NCBI GenBank assembly: GCA_031835245.2
Contig: JAVKOQ020000055.1
Location: forward strand, 186,001 to 239,640
From: Balamuthia mandrillaris
Lineage: Eukaryota
Direction of reading: 5' to 3'
DNA length: 53,640 bases
Shown here: positions 1 through 12,469 of the stretch, one piece after another
Position numbering within the stretch: the stretch's first letter is position 1
How the letters are laid out: the number at the start of each line of letters is the position of its first letter
Position numbers and translations under genes: made by a program
The notes under the pieces: generated by a model
The model's database searches: none
What the model saw: only the letters and a program-made list of their open reading frames with translations
Told to the model about the DNA's origin: nothing

Positions 1-710
1 AAAGGCTTTCTCCTTGGAGCTCGCCTCCCAAGGATAACGCGGTGGCGGCGGTGGCACGCTCTTTCTCTTTTCTTTGCTTTCTCCTTTTTCTTCTGCTTCC
101 TCTTCCTGTGTTTGTTCTTCTGTTTCGGCTTCTTCGTCCGTTTCTTTCTCCTTGTCTTTCGGTTCTTTGATGACTTCTTCTGGCGTTGAGGTTTCTCCTC
201 CTCCTCCTCCTCCTCCTTCTTCACCTCCTCCTACTTCTTCTTCTCCTTCCTCCTGTTGTCGAACATGTTGCAACGCTCTGGAAGGAGAGAGCTTGTCCAT
301 CGCCGAACCTTCGCTGCTCAACCGTGCATAGAGTTTTGCTCTCTATTTGTTATTGTTTTTTTTTTTGGGTTATTTTTTGGATTTTTTTTTACAAAAAAAA
401 AGAAAGAAAAAAATACCTCTATGCGGCGAAGAGCAGCACCTCTGGGCTCTAACTGCAGAGGAGGATTCTTCTTTGGAGGAAGAATGACAGAGGCGTCATC
501 CAGCGAAGCGGACGGCGTCCCGCCCTCGCTCCCTTTTGTGGTAGCGGTAGTCGGCTCCACGACGACGACTCGCGTCCGTATGGCTGGGGCTGAGGCCGTG
601 AACACTTGCGCGCCGCTCTCCCCCGATGCGTCTTGTTTGTTGCGTTGTTGCTCCTCCGTCGTCGTCGTCGTCTTCTTCTCATTGTTGTTGTCGTTTCTTT
701 CTTCTTCCAT
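1..710 (-). CDS. Unknown low-complexity, acidic protein; 5' part only, runs off the window start
   Basis: ATG at 710 (MEEERNDNNNEKK...). GT donor after ...LRRIE near 416, then an open exon (RAKLYARLSSEGSAMDK...KSVPPPPPRYPWEASSKEKAF) to base 1. Confidence 0.65.
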
Positions 711-823
711 TTTTGTTTCGGCAAACTATCCTTCTGTGCACGATTTGCGTTCATTCGTTTCGCAAGTTGTGCAATTTTTGTGCTGGGTTTTTATTTTTTT
801 TTTTCTTTGGTTTTTACAATTGG

Positions 824-919
824 CCGACGCGCAATGGTTCGGTGTGGCAGCGGTCCGTGTCGACACCAGTTTCCCCTGCGTAAAGCAGCAGGGAAGCGCA
901 AGGACTTGGTTTGCTGCCC
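824..919. repeat. Copy A of a dispersed ~100-bp structured element
   Basis: Shares CC.ACGCGCAATGGTT.GGT.TG.CAG.GGT, TGTCGACAC, GGGAAGCG and TTTGCTGCCC in the same order with 48559-48680. Confidence 0.7.
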
Positions 920-1058
920 TTTTGGCCCTTGCCATTTCTTTTCGGTCAATTATATGGAAGTAATAAACAAACGGTAATTTTTTTTTCAACAAAAAAAAAA
1001 AACAAATGTGCATAAAATGTTGAATGTTGAATGGTTTGTAGTTGTTTGTTTTTTTCTT

Positions 1059-2467
1059 TTAGGAGAGACCAAAGCCGCGACTGTTTTCCACGGCGGCGGT
1101 CAAGTACTTGGCCAGCTTCTCTTTGCTGCTGTACTCTGGCAGCAGCAACCGACTGAAGCACGTAAATGATGTTGGCAGCCTGTGTTTTGTGTGTTTGTTT
1201 GTTTGTTTGTTTGAAACAGCATTCAGTAAGGCTCAAAAAAAGAAAAGAAAAGAAATGATAAGAAACAGTACCTATCAGAATCAGGGCCGTTGCGTTGGAT
1301 GATGAAAGGCATGCCACCCAACCCTTTGATGGGCACTCTGTCGCTGCCCGTTACGAATGCCAACAGTTGTTTCTTCCGTTCGATGGAATAGTTATGCACT
1401 ATCTCCCAAAACGCACTTTTTTGTGTGAAAGACGGAAAATAAAAACAAAAGAGCAAGTTAATAATTTGAGAGAGACAGAGCAGCAGAGGACAAGAGAACG
1501 AGAGAAGAATGGCTTTCTTGTTCGAAAGAAGGAACGGATACAAGAAGAAAGAGCAAAGGAGGAAAGAAGAGAGAAGCAAGATGAAAATAAGTACATGATG
1601 AGCGGGTGGTCAGGGTAGAAGCCATGCAAATAAATGGTAGATTTTTCTAACCCGTTAAAGTCTAACTCAGAACACCCGCAAATAAGCTGTTCTAGTTCTT
1701 CTGGCCTACATAACTACAAAAAGAAAATGAGCAAAGTGATAATAGTAGGAAAAAAAATAAGATATCTTACTTTAATAACTTGTCCGTTACAAATGCTGTG
1801 AAATCCTTCGTAGAATGCATCAAACTGAAACCTAAGCGAGTCTACCAACAAATGTTTCACATACAAGTCAACATATTCTATGGTAGAAGAAAGAAGACGA
1901 AAAAAGGAGAAGAAGAACAAAAAGTGAGAAAGCAGCATAGGTGGAAAAGAGTTTAACCGAAGAACAAATCTTTGGTTGTGTGAACGTACCTTGTTTGTTT
2001 TCTTGCGTGACTTCTATTTCAGCTCCGTTGGGCTTCAGTTCAACTGTTTGTCGCTCTCCATAAATTTCATGGTCGACCTGTTATTGTGATGTAAGTTTCA
2101 AAACAAAACAAAATACTGAGACAATAAAAGACAAATACCTCAAAAGTGCTGCAATAAACATCTTCGAGGACACTTTCGTTATCATTTAGCATTTGTTTAA
2201 GTCCATTTCCAAGATCCTATCATGACAAACAAAGCTCAACAAATCAGAACATGTAAAAAACATTAAAAGAGAAGAGAAATAGCAAGATCGTACAGGATCG
2301 AAAGCGCACAAATCCTCAAAAGTGGGTTCTTTGCCCAAAAGCTTCTTATAAATGACCATAGGAAAGTGTATATCAAGAATGACGCCGTTGTAAATGGCTA
2401 ACCCAAGCAGCTGAAATAAGATGAAATGTTATAAAATTTGCGTGAGCGAGAGAGAGAGTGCGCGCGC

Positions 2468-2507
<40 letters not shown>

Positions 2508-3353
2508 AACCATTCCAACGAGACGATATTGGTCGACACTTTCAAAGGAAGCAACATTGAACCACGACATCCTTCTTTTTTCGTCGTTTACGAACATACC
2601 TATTAAACACAAAACAAGCCAACCGAAAAATATATTAGTGCCCAAAATAAATGAAGGAGTTACAATTGTTACCGTATTTTGGGTCAAACACTTCCATGAT
2701 GATCAACTGGAAGAACTCCTTCAATACTCCTCCCACGTCAACACCATCTTCTCCAAGAAACTTGATACGAAGTGGTTTCTTCAAATCAGCTCTTTTCACT
2801 TCGATCTACATTTCAACAACAAATAAAGTTAACAAAGAGAAAAAGAATTAAGAAAAACAAAACCTCTCTGGAGTTATACCTGTGTGAAAGTATCTGAGAC
2901 CAGCTCATCTCTTCGAATTTCTAACCAGCAATGAGGTACGCCTGCCCGTTTAATATTGGAAGGCAACATGACTGGCAGCTCATATTTTGAAATCATTCCA
3001 AAGAACGTTAGCCTCGCCATTGCATCCTGATAAACAAAATTTAAAAAAATTAGAAAGAAAAATAATAACAAAACAAACGTGTAATATTATTATGTCATAC
3101 CTCTACTTCTCTTGTCATTAGGATGGCAGCTTCAATGTGAAGTAAACGTGCTTTGGAAAAAGCATCAAGAAGAAATGGGTATCTGCAGTAAGCGAATTCT
3201 TCTGTATCAGATTCTGCTGCTCTGTCCGTTGTTGGGGCATTGCTAGAAGATGCACTCGCATTTAAAGATTCTGCTTCCTTTTCTTCTTCCTTTTCTTTGC
3301 CTTTCTCTTCTTCTTTTTCTTCTTCTTCATGCTGGTCAAACCTCTTTGATTTC

Positions 3354-3384
<31 letters not shown>

Positions 3385-5916
3385 CAAAAGGAAGAGTGAG
3401 GAAGAACAACAGACAGCAGAGAAGCGGAGCCAAATGGAAGCGAAGAACAGAATAGAGGAGGTAACAAAGGAAGTGTAATGGCTGAACCTTTTGCCTTGCC
3501 ATCTACGAAAGTCAGCTCTCAAATCCACTTTGTTACAAATAGAAGTATTGTAAAATTCAGGATATGGTATCAACCGTCCTATTTCATTGGCCTCATCTGA
3601 TTGTTCATTCATTATAAAGTTGTCGGTGTTACAACCACAACGTGTAGAAACAGAAGTTGAAAAGGGATAGCGAAATACATACGTAAAAGGTTGAGACATT
3701 TTACAGCATGAAAGATGGAGTCGTCTTTGTACAAAATATTAGCCCTCAAGTGAGTGTCGATAAAGGAATGAAACGCTTTTACAAGCGAAAGGAACTTATC
3801 CGCTGGATATCTTTACAAAAGTGTTACGTAACATCCAAAATGCAAGAAGAGAGAGAGAGTCAAACTTGGAAAACCACTGGACGAGAATACGCTGAAATTG
3901 CTCGTTAAGAGAAACAATTGTTTCCATTAGCGTTCGCAACATGGCTGTGCTTCCCCATTGTTGGGTGTCTCGTAAAAGTGGATTCTACATTTGTTGTTAA
4001 ATGTTACAAGCAATTCAAAAGCACGAAGTTAACAAAAGCAAAAAGGCGAACCTCCAAAAGAATTGGTATTTGACGGAGATCAATGTGTGATTTTATGAGT
4101 TGCTTTCTGTAATAGAGGCGAGATACCACCAACTCGGTTGCGTTCTCCAATGTATGTGTTATAGGAGCTCGTTTCTTTCGAAAATAGAGCATCAATAACA
4201 AGAAGAAAATTCAGTGAGCAAGAAAAACACATACCAAATCAAGGATAGCATTGTAAGCAGCGCTGACACCTTCCAAATCGAGGACGCTGATAAAGTCTTC
4301 TGGTTTGGTCGACTTGTTAAAGCTGTCCTTCTAGATATTGTGTTTACTCGTAAGAACTTTCAGAAATGAAAAAGAACAGACCAGAGTAAAGAGAGGACAA
4401 AGAAGATAAACGAGAAAAAAGGAGAACCTTTCTGAAGCTACGGTTAAGAACTTGTGAGTCTCCAAACCCTTCCATGATGACTCTCTTGAGGTCAGCATGT
4501 TGTGCTGAAGTATGTGATGCCGCTGTGCCTTCCAAACGTTCAATTACAGACTTAACATAATCCAAATCTAGCACCAATGATCCAGACAAACCAGAAGCAG
4601 AGGCCAACAGTTCTTTTTTTCTTGAAGAGCTAGCATCACTTCTTTCTATTTCTTCCTCATTTTCTGTTTTGAAAAGAGCAGAAAAGAGAGAAGAGCCGCT
4701 AAATACGGAATACAAGAATGAAGGCTGGTTTTGCATTGAAGAAGTTTTGTGAGATGATGACAGTCGTTGTTGCTGAGGTGAAGACGTGGACTCGGAAGGA
4801 GAAGACTCCGAAGAAGGAGCAGCAATAGATGAAGCAGACAGAAGTGGAGGACAGAGGTAAAGGCGCGGCCAAGCGGCTAGCTGGATGCTCCACACGACCG
4901 CTTGTTCTGGAGTTAACTCCACACATTCTTTTTTTCAAAAAACGAGTTGTTGAGACCACAACATAAAGCAGCAAGAGAGAAAAGAAAAAAGAAGCAGAGA
5001 ACAGCAAAATGAAACCTGGACAAGAAGCGCAGAACTTGTTGGGACAGTTCTCTCGTTTACAGCCTTCCGTCAACTGCAGATAGAACCTAATGGTTTTTAT
5101 TTTGTGAGTATTTAAAAAAACGAAAACAAAAAATAAGAAAACAAAAAAGAGAGAAAGAAAACCTAGAGAGGGAGAGGGAGAGGGAGAGGGAGAGGGAGAG
5201 GGAGGGAGAGGGAGAGGGAGAGGGAGAGGGAGAGGGAGAGGGAGAGGGAGAGGGAGAGGGGAGAGGGAGAGGGAGAGGGAGAGGGAGAGGGAGAGGGAGA
5301 GAGAGGGAGAGGGAGAGGGAGGGGGGAGAGGCAGAGGGAGAGGCAGAGGGAGAGGCAGAGGGAGAGGCAGAGGGAGAGGCAGAGGGAGAGGCAGAGGGAG
5401 AGGGAGAGGGAGAGGGGGAGGCAGAGGGAGAGGAGAGAAACAACAAAACAAAAAAAAACAAAGAGGGAAAAGAAGACGAGCAAACAAAAAACAAAAAATA
5501 TACTTGCGAGCCAGGTCCTCCAGTTTCTTGACGATGGCCCTTCGTTGTCTTCCAGTGGGAGACTTGGTGGAGGAGGGAATGAACTGCGAGCCCTTCAACA
5601 ACTGTCGGCCGCCAGGGGCAGGCACGCCCAGCTTGTCCGTAGCATTACCCTGTTTGCCACGCAGCAACACGCTGGACGTGTTGTTGCGTCTCAGGAGAGA
5701 AGGCAGGTCAGAGGAAGACACGGAGGGTCGCAGAGACCTTCCAGCGGAAGAAGCAGAGGCAGAGGAGTTTGATGAGGAGGAATTTTTGGATCGAGGCGAA
5801 GGCTCGGCGTTCTCGGGAGACAAGTCAAGCTCTGTTGGCACGGGTATGTTTCGAGCGCCTCCACCATCTCTTCTTCTTCCTTGGGGAAAGGCAAAAGTAC
5901 CACTACGTGTCAGCAT
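1059..5916 (-). CDS. UBE3A: HECT E3 ubiquitin ligase with N-terminal AZUL Zn finger (UBE3A/E6AP-like), multi-exon
   Basis: AZUL-like [23 protein letters not shown] (~5090-5020). HECT motifs [58 protein letters not shown]. Last exon [22 protein letters not shown]...GFGLS* has its stop at 1059-1061. The start Met at 5916 is tentative. Confidence 0.9.
5163..5435. repeat. (GGAGAG)n/(GGCAGA)n microsatellite inside a HECT gene intron
   Basis: Directly visible hexamer tandem array. Confidence 0.95.
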
Positions 5917-6327
5917 TGTGTGTTGTCCCGTTCGTTGATGGTGGAAGCAAAGAAAAGTAGAGAGAGTAACGAAATGGTTGTCCTCTTCCCTTTCCTCTTT
6001 TCTTCGAAGGCGGATTATTACCTTCAGTTCGATCCCAACTCGACACAATTTTGTTTTTCCATGGAATTTTTGTCGACCAAAACTGCCTTCAGTTCGATTC
6101 CCATGGCCCTTTGTGCCTTTTTTTAATATCATCAGTGGGTCGACATGAAAGGAGAGATTGCGGAGAATCTGCAATCCACAGAAGTCTGACGTGGAAGCGA
6201 TCAAAAACAGGAAGAAATTATGCCGAACATTACCCTTATTTATATATTTAATTCGCATCTGTAACGCAAGGCGATCCAAGGAATCCCTTTCCCACTACTA
6301 CGACGGAACCATCAACCCACAACGACC

Positions 6328-7048
6328 ATGTATGCTAGCATTGGTAAGTCCCTAGGCTTGAACCTGCCTTTGGCGGCCATCGAGCAATCCTCGCAGACCG
6401 GAGAGCAGGAGCCCTGGAACAAATACGAGCGTTACGCCTCCTCCTCCCCTCGCCAACCGCCTCTCTCCACCTCCTTCATTCTTCGCGTCAACAACAATGC
6501 GTCCTCTACCTCCCCTTCGTCCTCGCCCTCGTCCCCTTCTTCTTCCGCCACCGCAACCACCGCGTCAGACAACTCCCCTAGAACAACCCCAAGAGATCGA
6601 CACAAGCTCAAGAAAGTGGACCCTTATGCCTTGCTGCCTGCAGAAAAGGATGGGTGGCTTCTCAAACAACGAGGAAAGAGCAAAACGTGGAAGAAGCGGT
6701 ACTTCATCTTGAAGGACTTTTATCTTTACTACTTCAAAGACCTTCACGTACTGTCTCCATTTCTTTTTTTGATTTTTGATTTGTTATAGCAAGCTTCTTA
6801 TACTTTGTGTTTAAAAAAAACAACAGAGTAAACATGCAAGAGGTCTTGTCGACTTGAGAACGGCAAGTGTGCAAGGATGTCATGGAGAGAGCAGCGCTGA
6901 TATCAGCAACAGCAACGGCAGTGGCTTCGTTCTCAGCATTCGCGTCTCCTCCTCCCGTTGCTACTTTGTGGAGGCGGAGGACAACGCTTCTTACTTGTCT
7001 TGGCTGCGGCTCCTCCAAAGCAGAACTCCTTCCACTCCCAACCAATAA
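6328..7048 (+). CDS. PH-domain protein (at least 2 exons; start uncertain)
   Basis: EKDGWLLKQRGKSKTWKKRYFILKDFYLYYFKD, intron ~6748-6826, then ARGLVDLRTASV...CYFVEAEDNASYLSWLRLLQ, which contains the PH C-terminal Trp helix. Confidence 0.85.
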
Positions 7049-7245
7049 CTGTCTCACCAAAGATGTTTTTGTACAGCCAGTTTTTGTTTCGTCTTGCGTC
7101 TTTGCTTCTCTCTCTTCTTTCTTCTGTCTTTTTTGCTCTGCTATCTGCTTCTCTCCACTGTCTTGATTTTTCTTCATTCTTCTGTCCTCTATCTCAATTG
7201 CCAATTGTAACATTACAAAAGAAAGAAAGAAGGGATGAACGCAAC

Positions 7246-9073
7246 CTATTCATTTAGCAATTGTTGAATGGCACGAGCGAACCGTCGAATTCCTTCCTCA
7301 ATCAGCTCTGGCGGAAGGTATGCCCAACACAACCTTATCGAATGTCGGCTTTCTTCAGAAGGAGCCCTCCCTCCCTCTTCTTCTTTCATCAACGAGGAAG
7401 CCGTACAAGTAGCTCCATCTTTGACTATCAAATGTTCCATCCTAGAACAAGCAGCTGCGATGCCTGCTCCGGTCAAGCTTCGTCCAGTTGCTTCGTTCTT
7501 CTCCAGATATTCTTTGTTGAGGGTTATCCAAAGAAAGAATCCTCCTTTCGGCTTTCGGATGGTAAAAAGATTCGGTAAAACTGGTTCCACTTTTTCCTCA
7601 GCAAGGGACGTAGAAGAAGAAAGTGGAAAGTGAAGAAGAAGACGGTGATAAAGAAGGTTGGCTAGACGTTGATAGGTAGAACGAAGATCGGATAGATGGC
7701 GTTCGAGAAGACCTTCTTGAATCGCTTTGTAGACGATCATGGAAGGCAATGGAGCAAATGAGCCACCGCTGTCCGCCACTGCGCAGTGAGCTAATTTGTT
7801 CACGATGGCCTCGTGAGCGTGGATCCAACCCAATCGTAGCCCTTTTTTTTACAGGGAAAGGAGAGAAGGGATACGCATTTAAGCTCAACCAGCAAAAAAA
7901 CAACAATCCAGACACAGCAAATAGAGTAGAAGGCAAGACAAATACCAGGGGCTAAAGTCTTGGAGAAGGAATGAAGGGACAAGACAGTGGGTCGCTGGTT
8001 GGGATGATAGTAGAGGTCATAACATGCCAACGGAGGTGGAGGAGCATCTTTTTCATCAAAGTAAAGGAACTGGTAAACCTCATCGGCCACCACCATGAAC
8101 CCATGTTGTTTGCTTAACTCCACCAATCTATTTTTGTTTTTCAAGTTGTTTAACGTTAGTTAGCGAAACAAGAATAAGAAAAAAGTAAGAGAGAGAGAGA
8201 GGGAGGGAGAGAGAGAGAGCAGAATGAATTGAACACCTTCGACGTTTGGCATGAGGAAGAGTGACGCCCTTTGGATTATGAAAAGTTGGAACAATATAGA
8301 GAAGCGATGGAGGAGGGACGCCCTCTCCGCCTTCCTCCTTCGGTTTTAGCATTCGCTCCAGGGCGTTCAGATCGATGCCTTCATGGTCGGTCGGCACGGT
8401 TGCCAGTTTCATGTGATGATCGGTATGAAACACGTGTGGAGCTAGATAGTACGTTGGATCCTCTACTAAAACAGTGTCACCTTTTCGTTTTGTTTGCGTT
8501 GTTTTCCAGCTGTTAACGAATGAAGAAGGCTGGGAAGAGGGAGTAGAGAAGAGCGATACCAGGTTTAGCAAAGTAAGTGCATGCCAGAGAGAACGCAGAG
8601 GAAGCACCAGTGGTCACAAACAGTTGCTCAGGAGCAGCACGCGTCAACTTGTTCACCTCCTCGCTTTGTTCCCAATGAACATGAGAGTTGATAAACTCTG
8701 CAAGTTTCTCTCTGTCACACATATGCATGAAGGAAAGGATCAGCGCCATCGAAATATTGTCGACACTCCACCAAAGATCAAAGAGAACAGTGATCTCTTT
8801 CTTTTTCGCTCAAAACATACAAAAGACACCTCACACAAACCTGAAAGGAACAAAGCCAGCCTGGTTTTCGTCTGCGCAGTAGGAGAGCACCTCTTTTTTG
8901 GTGAAGTCGCTGGCGTGAGCCAGCTCCTCAAAGGCCAGCTTGGAGGCCCTTTGGAAGAGCTCCACCGGCAGGAGCTCCCCTCCAGGATGACCCTTTGCAA
9001 AGTCAATCGCCTCTGCAGCGTGCTGCTGTGGTTGGTTCTGGCCGCCTCGCTCCCTCTCCCCTCCTTGTTCCAT
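7246..9073 (-). CDS. PLP-dependent class I/II aminotransferase (2-aminoadipate/MocR-type), multi-exon
   Basis: IDFAKGHPG, VLVEDPTYY, YIVPTFHNPKGVTL, VVADEVY, SFSKTLAPG (PLP lysine), GWI, KPKGGFFLWI, IRLCWA. Confidence 0.92.
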
Positions 9074-9452
9074 CGTTTTTGTTGTTTTTTTTCGTTCGTG
9101 GCTTTTTCTTTATTGTCGACAACGGAAAATTGCAAACATCTCGATTCGAACCGGCGGAAAATTTATGTCGACGAATCAATTAATTAACTGTTTGATTTCT
9201 CATTGGACAATTTAATACACGGAATTTTCCAGTTTTGCGAAAAAAATTTTTGTACAGCGCTGCTGCTGATCTCTTTGGTGATTGTACTGGTGATTGTTTC
9301 TTCTTTTTATTTTCTTGCTCTGCAACCAACAAACCAACAACTGAAAGCTGCGGATTACCTGCGACGCAGCTTTTCAAACAAAACATCCTCCACTAGTTAT
9401 CAACTCTTATATTGTTTATATTCTTCTTCTTCTTTTAGTTGTTAGCAAAAAA

Positions 9453-10461
9453 ATGATCATCTCTATAAAATCTTGCACGTTTCGTGATCTGCTAAACTTT
9501 TTGGTTTGGTCTCCCGTTCTCTCTCTCCCTTTTGAAGTTCTGTTGTTTATTTATTTATTATTTAAGTTCTGGCCGCTATATGCCTTCATGTTTGCCATCG
9601 GGTTTTTTGTGACGGTTGCGTTGATGCCCGAGTGGTGGAACCTCTACCTTGCCATTTCTGCCATATACTCCCTGTGCGTGGCCTTTAGCCTGTTGAGCCT
9701 CTCCCGTGCGGCAGCGTCTCTTAGCACCATGAAAGCAGCATGGGTTCATCCTCCCTTTCTCTCTTTCTCTTTCTCATTCACAAGGGCATCGCTCCTTGCA
9801 TTTCGTCGTTTCTCGTCCGCATTGACTTTCTCTGCTTTTCTTTGCTCTATTCTATCTGTCTGTTGTTCTCTTTTCTCTTTGTATTCTCTTTCGTCACCAC
9901 AAGTCGCTAAGCGCCAAGCCATGTTACTTTTAGATGATAGTTTGGAACGTCGTGACTTTAATTCTTTGCTTTATCGGGTCCATTGTTTTTGTGCTTTGGA
10001 TGTTGCTATGGGCACTCCTGCAGCGCATCGTTTACTGCGACGAAGGCATTGACAGACCTGATTGCAGAGAAATTGGACTAAGGGACGAGCGTAACTCTCG
10101 CTTATTGATCGCCGTTACTTGTCCCCTTGCCCTTATGGCTTTGATCATAATGGTAAGTATGATGCTCGAAGAGAAGATTTGGCAGGAGAGAGGCAGTGAC
10201 AGCCAGACAAAGATAGACAGAGAGACAAAGAGAAACAGAGGAGAAAAGAGAAAAGAAGTAGCAATTTTGTATGTTATCGCTTTTCTCACAACTTGGATGT
10301 ATGCAGGTAACAGTGCTTATAAAGTTGCTAAAGTTGATATGTGCAAGAATAAGTTGTTTCTCAACTTATTCATTCGTAGGAAGAAAGCACGACCTTCCTT
10401 CCTCATCACTTATTTTTTTAAACACATAAACTACACATCGTGTTTAACAGAAAATAATTAG
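9453..10461 (+). CDS. Small multi-pass (about 4 TM) membrane protein; last exon ambiguous or damaged
   Basis: Hydrophobic exons FWPLYAFMFAIGFFVTVALMPEWWNLYLAISAIYSLCVAF and MIVWNVVTLILCFIGSIVFVLWMLLWALL..YCDEGIDRPDC..LLIAVTCPLALMALIIM. GTAAGT donor at 10153. Confidence 0.5.
10352..10452 (+). repeat. Direct repeat copy 1 (internally deleted copy of 12969-13150)
   Basis: AGTTGTTTCTCAACTT followed by ATTCATTCGTAGG...CACATAAACTACACATCGTGTTTAACAGAA; near-identical to 12969-12984 and 13065-13150. Confidence 0.9.
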
Positions 10462-10688
10462 ACTTCAAATGTGTGGTATCAAGCGATGAGCAACAAGAAT
10501 AGAAAGGGAGGTGGTTCTGCATCAGGATTAATGGACATTGCCCGATAATTAGAGAACAGCATGAAGGAGCAGGTGGTAGCCGGAGGCGATGGATCGTTTC
10601 GTGCTCAGCACGTGCCCGCTTATTGCCGGTAAAGCGCAACAAAAATACACACACCAGCCGCACGGACAAAGCAAGCCAGTGTTCACTC

Positions 10689-12317
10689 ATGCTGGCGTGC
10701 CCGCAGCTATTGTTGTTTTGCTTGGCCTGGTGGCTAGTTGCGCTCCCCGCAGTTTCTTCCCGAGGCTTCCTTCCCGTTGACCTTTCCCACGCCTTCCCCG
10801 ACGGAGTTCCTCCTCCCCCAGGGTATGCCGCTGGGCTCTCCTGGGCGGACGTGGACCAAGACAGTCGCCCCGATTTGTTCCTCTTCTCCGCAGAGAGTGT
10901 GCGGTTGTATCGCAACCAAGGGAACTGGAGCTTCTCCGAGATGACCACCACAGCTCTCCCTGGCGACACCCTCCCTGCCTTCTACTTTGGCCAAAGCAAG
11001 TGGGCTGACTTCGACCAGGACGGCTTCCCCGACCTCCTTGCCTTTGGCCGTGTTCATTTCCCCCCATATCCCGTCCGATTGTTGAGGAACAACCAAGGGA
11101 GGAACTTCACCGACGTGACCAGCCAAAGCCTTCCTGCTTTGGCAGGCTGCGTTGAAACAACCTGCGCCATGGAATGGGGGGACTTTGACGGGGACAACCG
11201 AGTGGATCTCTTCGTCGCTCAAGCTAGAGCAAAGACGGTGTTCCTCAACAATGGAGGCCAACCCACCACTTTCACCGAGGTGGATGTCTCTGCCACCGTT
11301 GGTGGGGAAGCCTCCTTCAGCGGAGAGGTGCGTGCAGGGGACTTTGATGGGGATGGGAAGGACGACTTGGTGTGGGTGATGAACGGCTTCTCTGGGGTGT
11401 ATCGCAGCAACGGGGATGGAACCTTCACGGACGAAACGGGAGGCGTCCTGGTGGATGGAGGCACCCCTTTGCCCCCGCTTGATCAAAGCAGTGCTGATTG
11501 GGGAGATGTCAATGGGGACCAACGCTTGGACCTGGTGGTCTGTGGCTTGGTAAAATCAGGTGCCCCCTTCTCAGCAGTGTTTGTGCAGACAGAGGAGGAA
11601 AGGAAGTTCAGGGACGGCATAGCGGAGCTGTTCCCAGAGGAGTGTTGCCACAAGTTCGCCAGTGTGCAGTTCGCTTTGTGGATTTCGATGGTGATACCCT
11701 TCTCGACTTGGCCATCACCGGTGTGAATGTGGAAATGGACTATAGTGGCGCATTGTTGCGAAACACTGGGTCTGTCTTTGAAGGTTTGTTGTTTGTTGTG
11801 GATCTCACTCCTTTGCTCGTTCCTCTCCTACTCTACGCGTCTTGCGTCGCTCTCTCTCTCTCTCTTTGTCGGTCTGTCTCACTGATGGATGAGAACAGAT
11901 GTGACGGATGTGGAGTTTGGCAGCTCCTCTCCGCTTCCACTTTCTGCGGATGACCGCATGGCGTGGGTGGATGTGGATGGCAACGGATCTCCTGACTTTT
12001 CTTCCTTCAGTACGACAGGCATCCTGCTGCAGAGAAACACCAGAGCCTTCTCAGAAGATGAGAGCTCCTCCTCTTCTTCCTCTTCCCCATCAAGCAACTC
12101 CTCTTTTTCTTCCTCCTCTTCTTCCTCTGAGAGCAATGGGTCAGATGACAGAAGCAGTGCGGACCAAAGCGATGATGATGATGACAAGGGTGACTTGTGG
12201 TGGCAAGTGACGGTGCCAGTGGTGGTGGTGGTGTTGGTTGGCTTGCTTGTGGTGGTGGGCTTGGTTGGCATCACCATGGTGAGGAAGAAGAAGAGAAAGA
12301 GCAAGCAATTGTTGTGA
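10689..12317 (+). CDS. FG-GAP/VCBS-repeat type I membrane protein with a frameshift near 11640 (pseudogene or assembly error)
   Basis: Signal peptide MLACPQLLLFCLAWWLVALPAVSS. Repeats WADVDQDSRPDL, WADFDQDGFPDL, WGDFDGDNRVDL, AGDFDGDGKDDL, WGDVNGDQRLDL, then FVDFDGDTLLDL in a different frame. Intron ~11784-11898, Ser-rich stalk, TM helix, short RKKKRK tail. Confidence 0.85.
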
Positions 12318-12416
12318 ACATCATACCACACAACGTGCACATCCAAAAGCTTGTCCTTTACATCAAACGCCGTGAGCGGCACAATTCTTTCTTTATAAAG
12401 ATAACAAGCGAGCGAA

Positions 12417-12449
<33 letters not shown>

Positions 12450-12469
12450 ACGAAAGAGTGAGAAAGATC

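Noticed and set aside
4699..6279. 526-aa ORF taken as a single protein
   Set aside because: It reads through a (PL)n microsatellite intron and upstream non-coding DNA. Only parts are HECT-gene exons.
9343..9374. 9-bp inverted repeat AAAGCTGCG/CGCAGCTTT
   Set aside because: Short and single-copy; compatible with chance.
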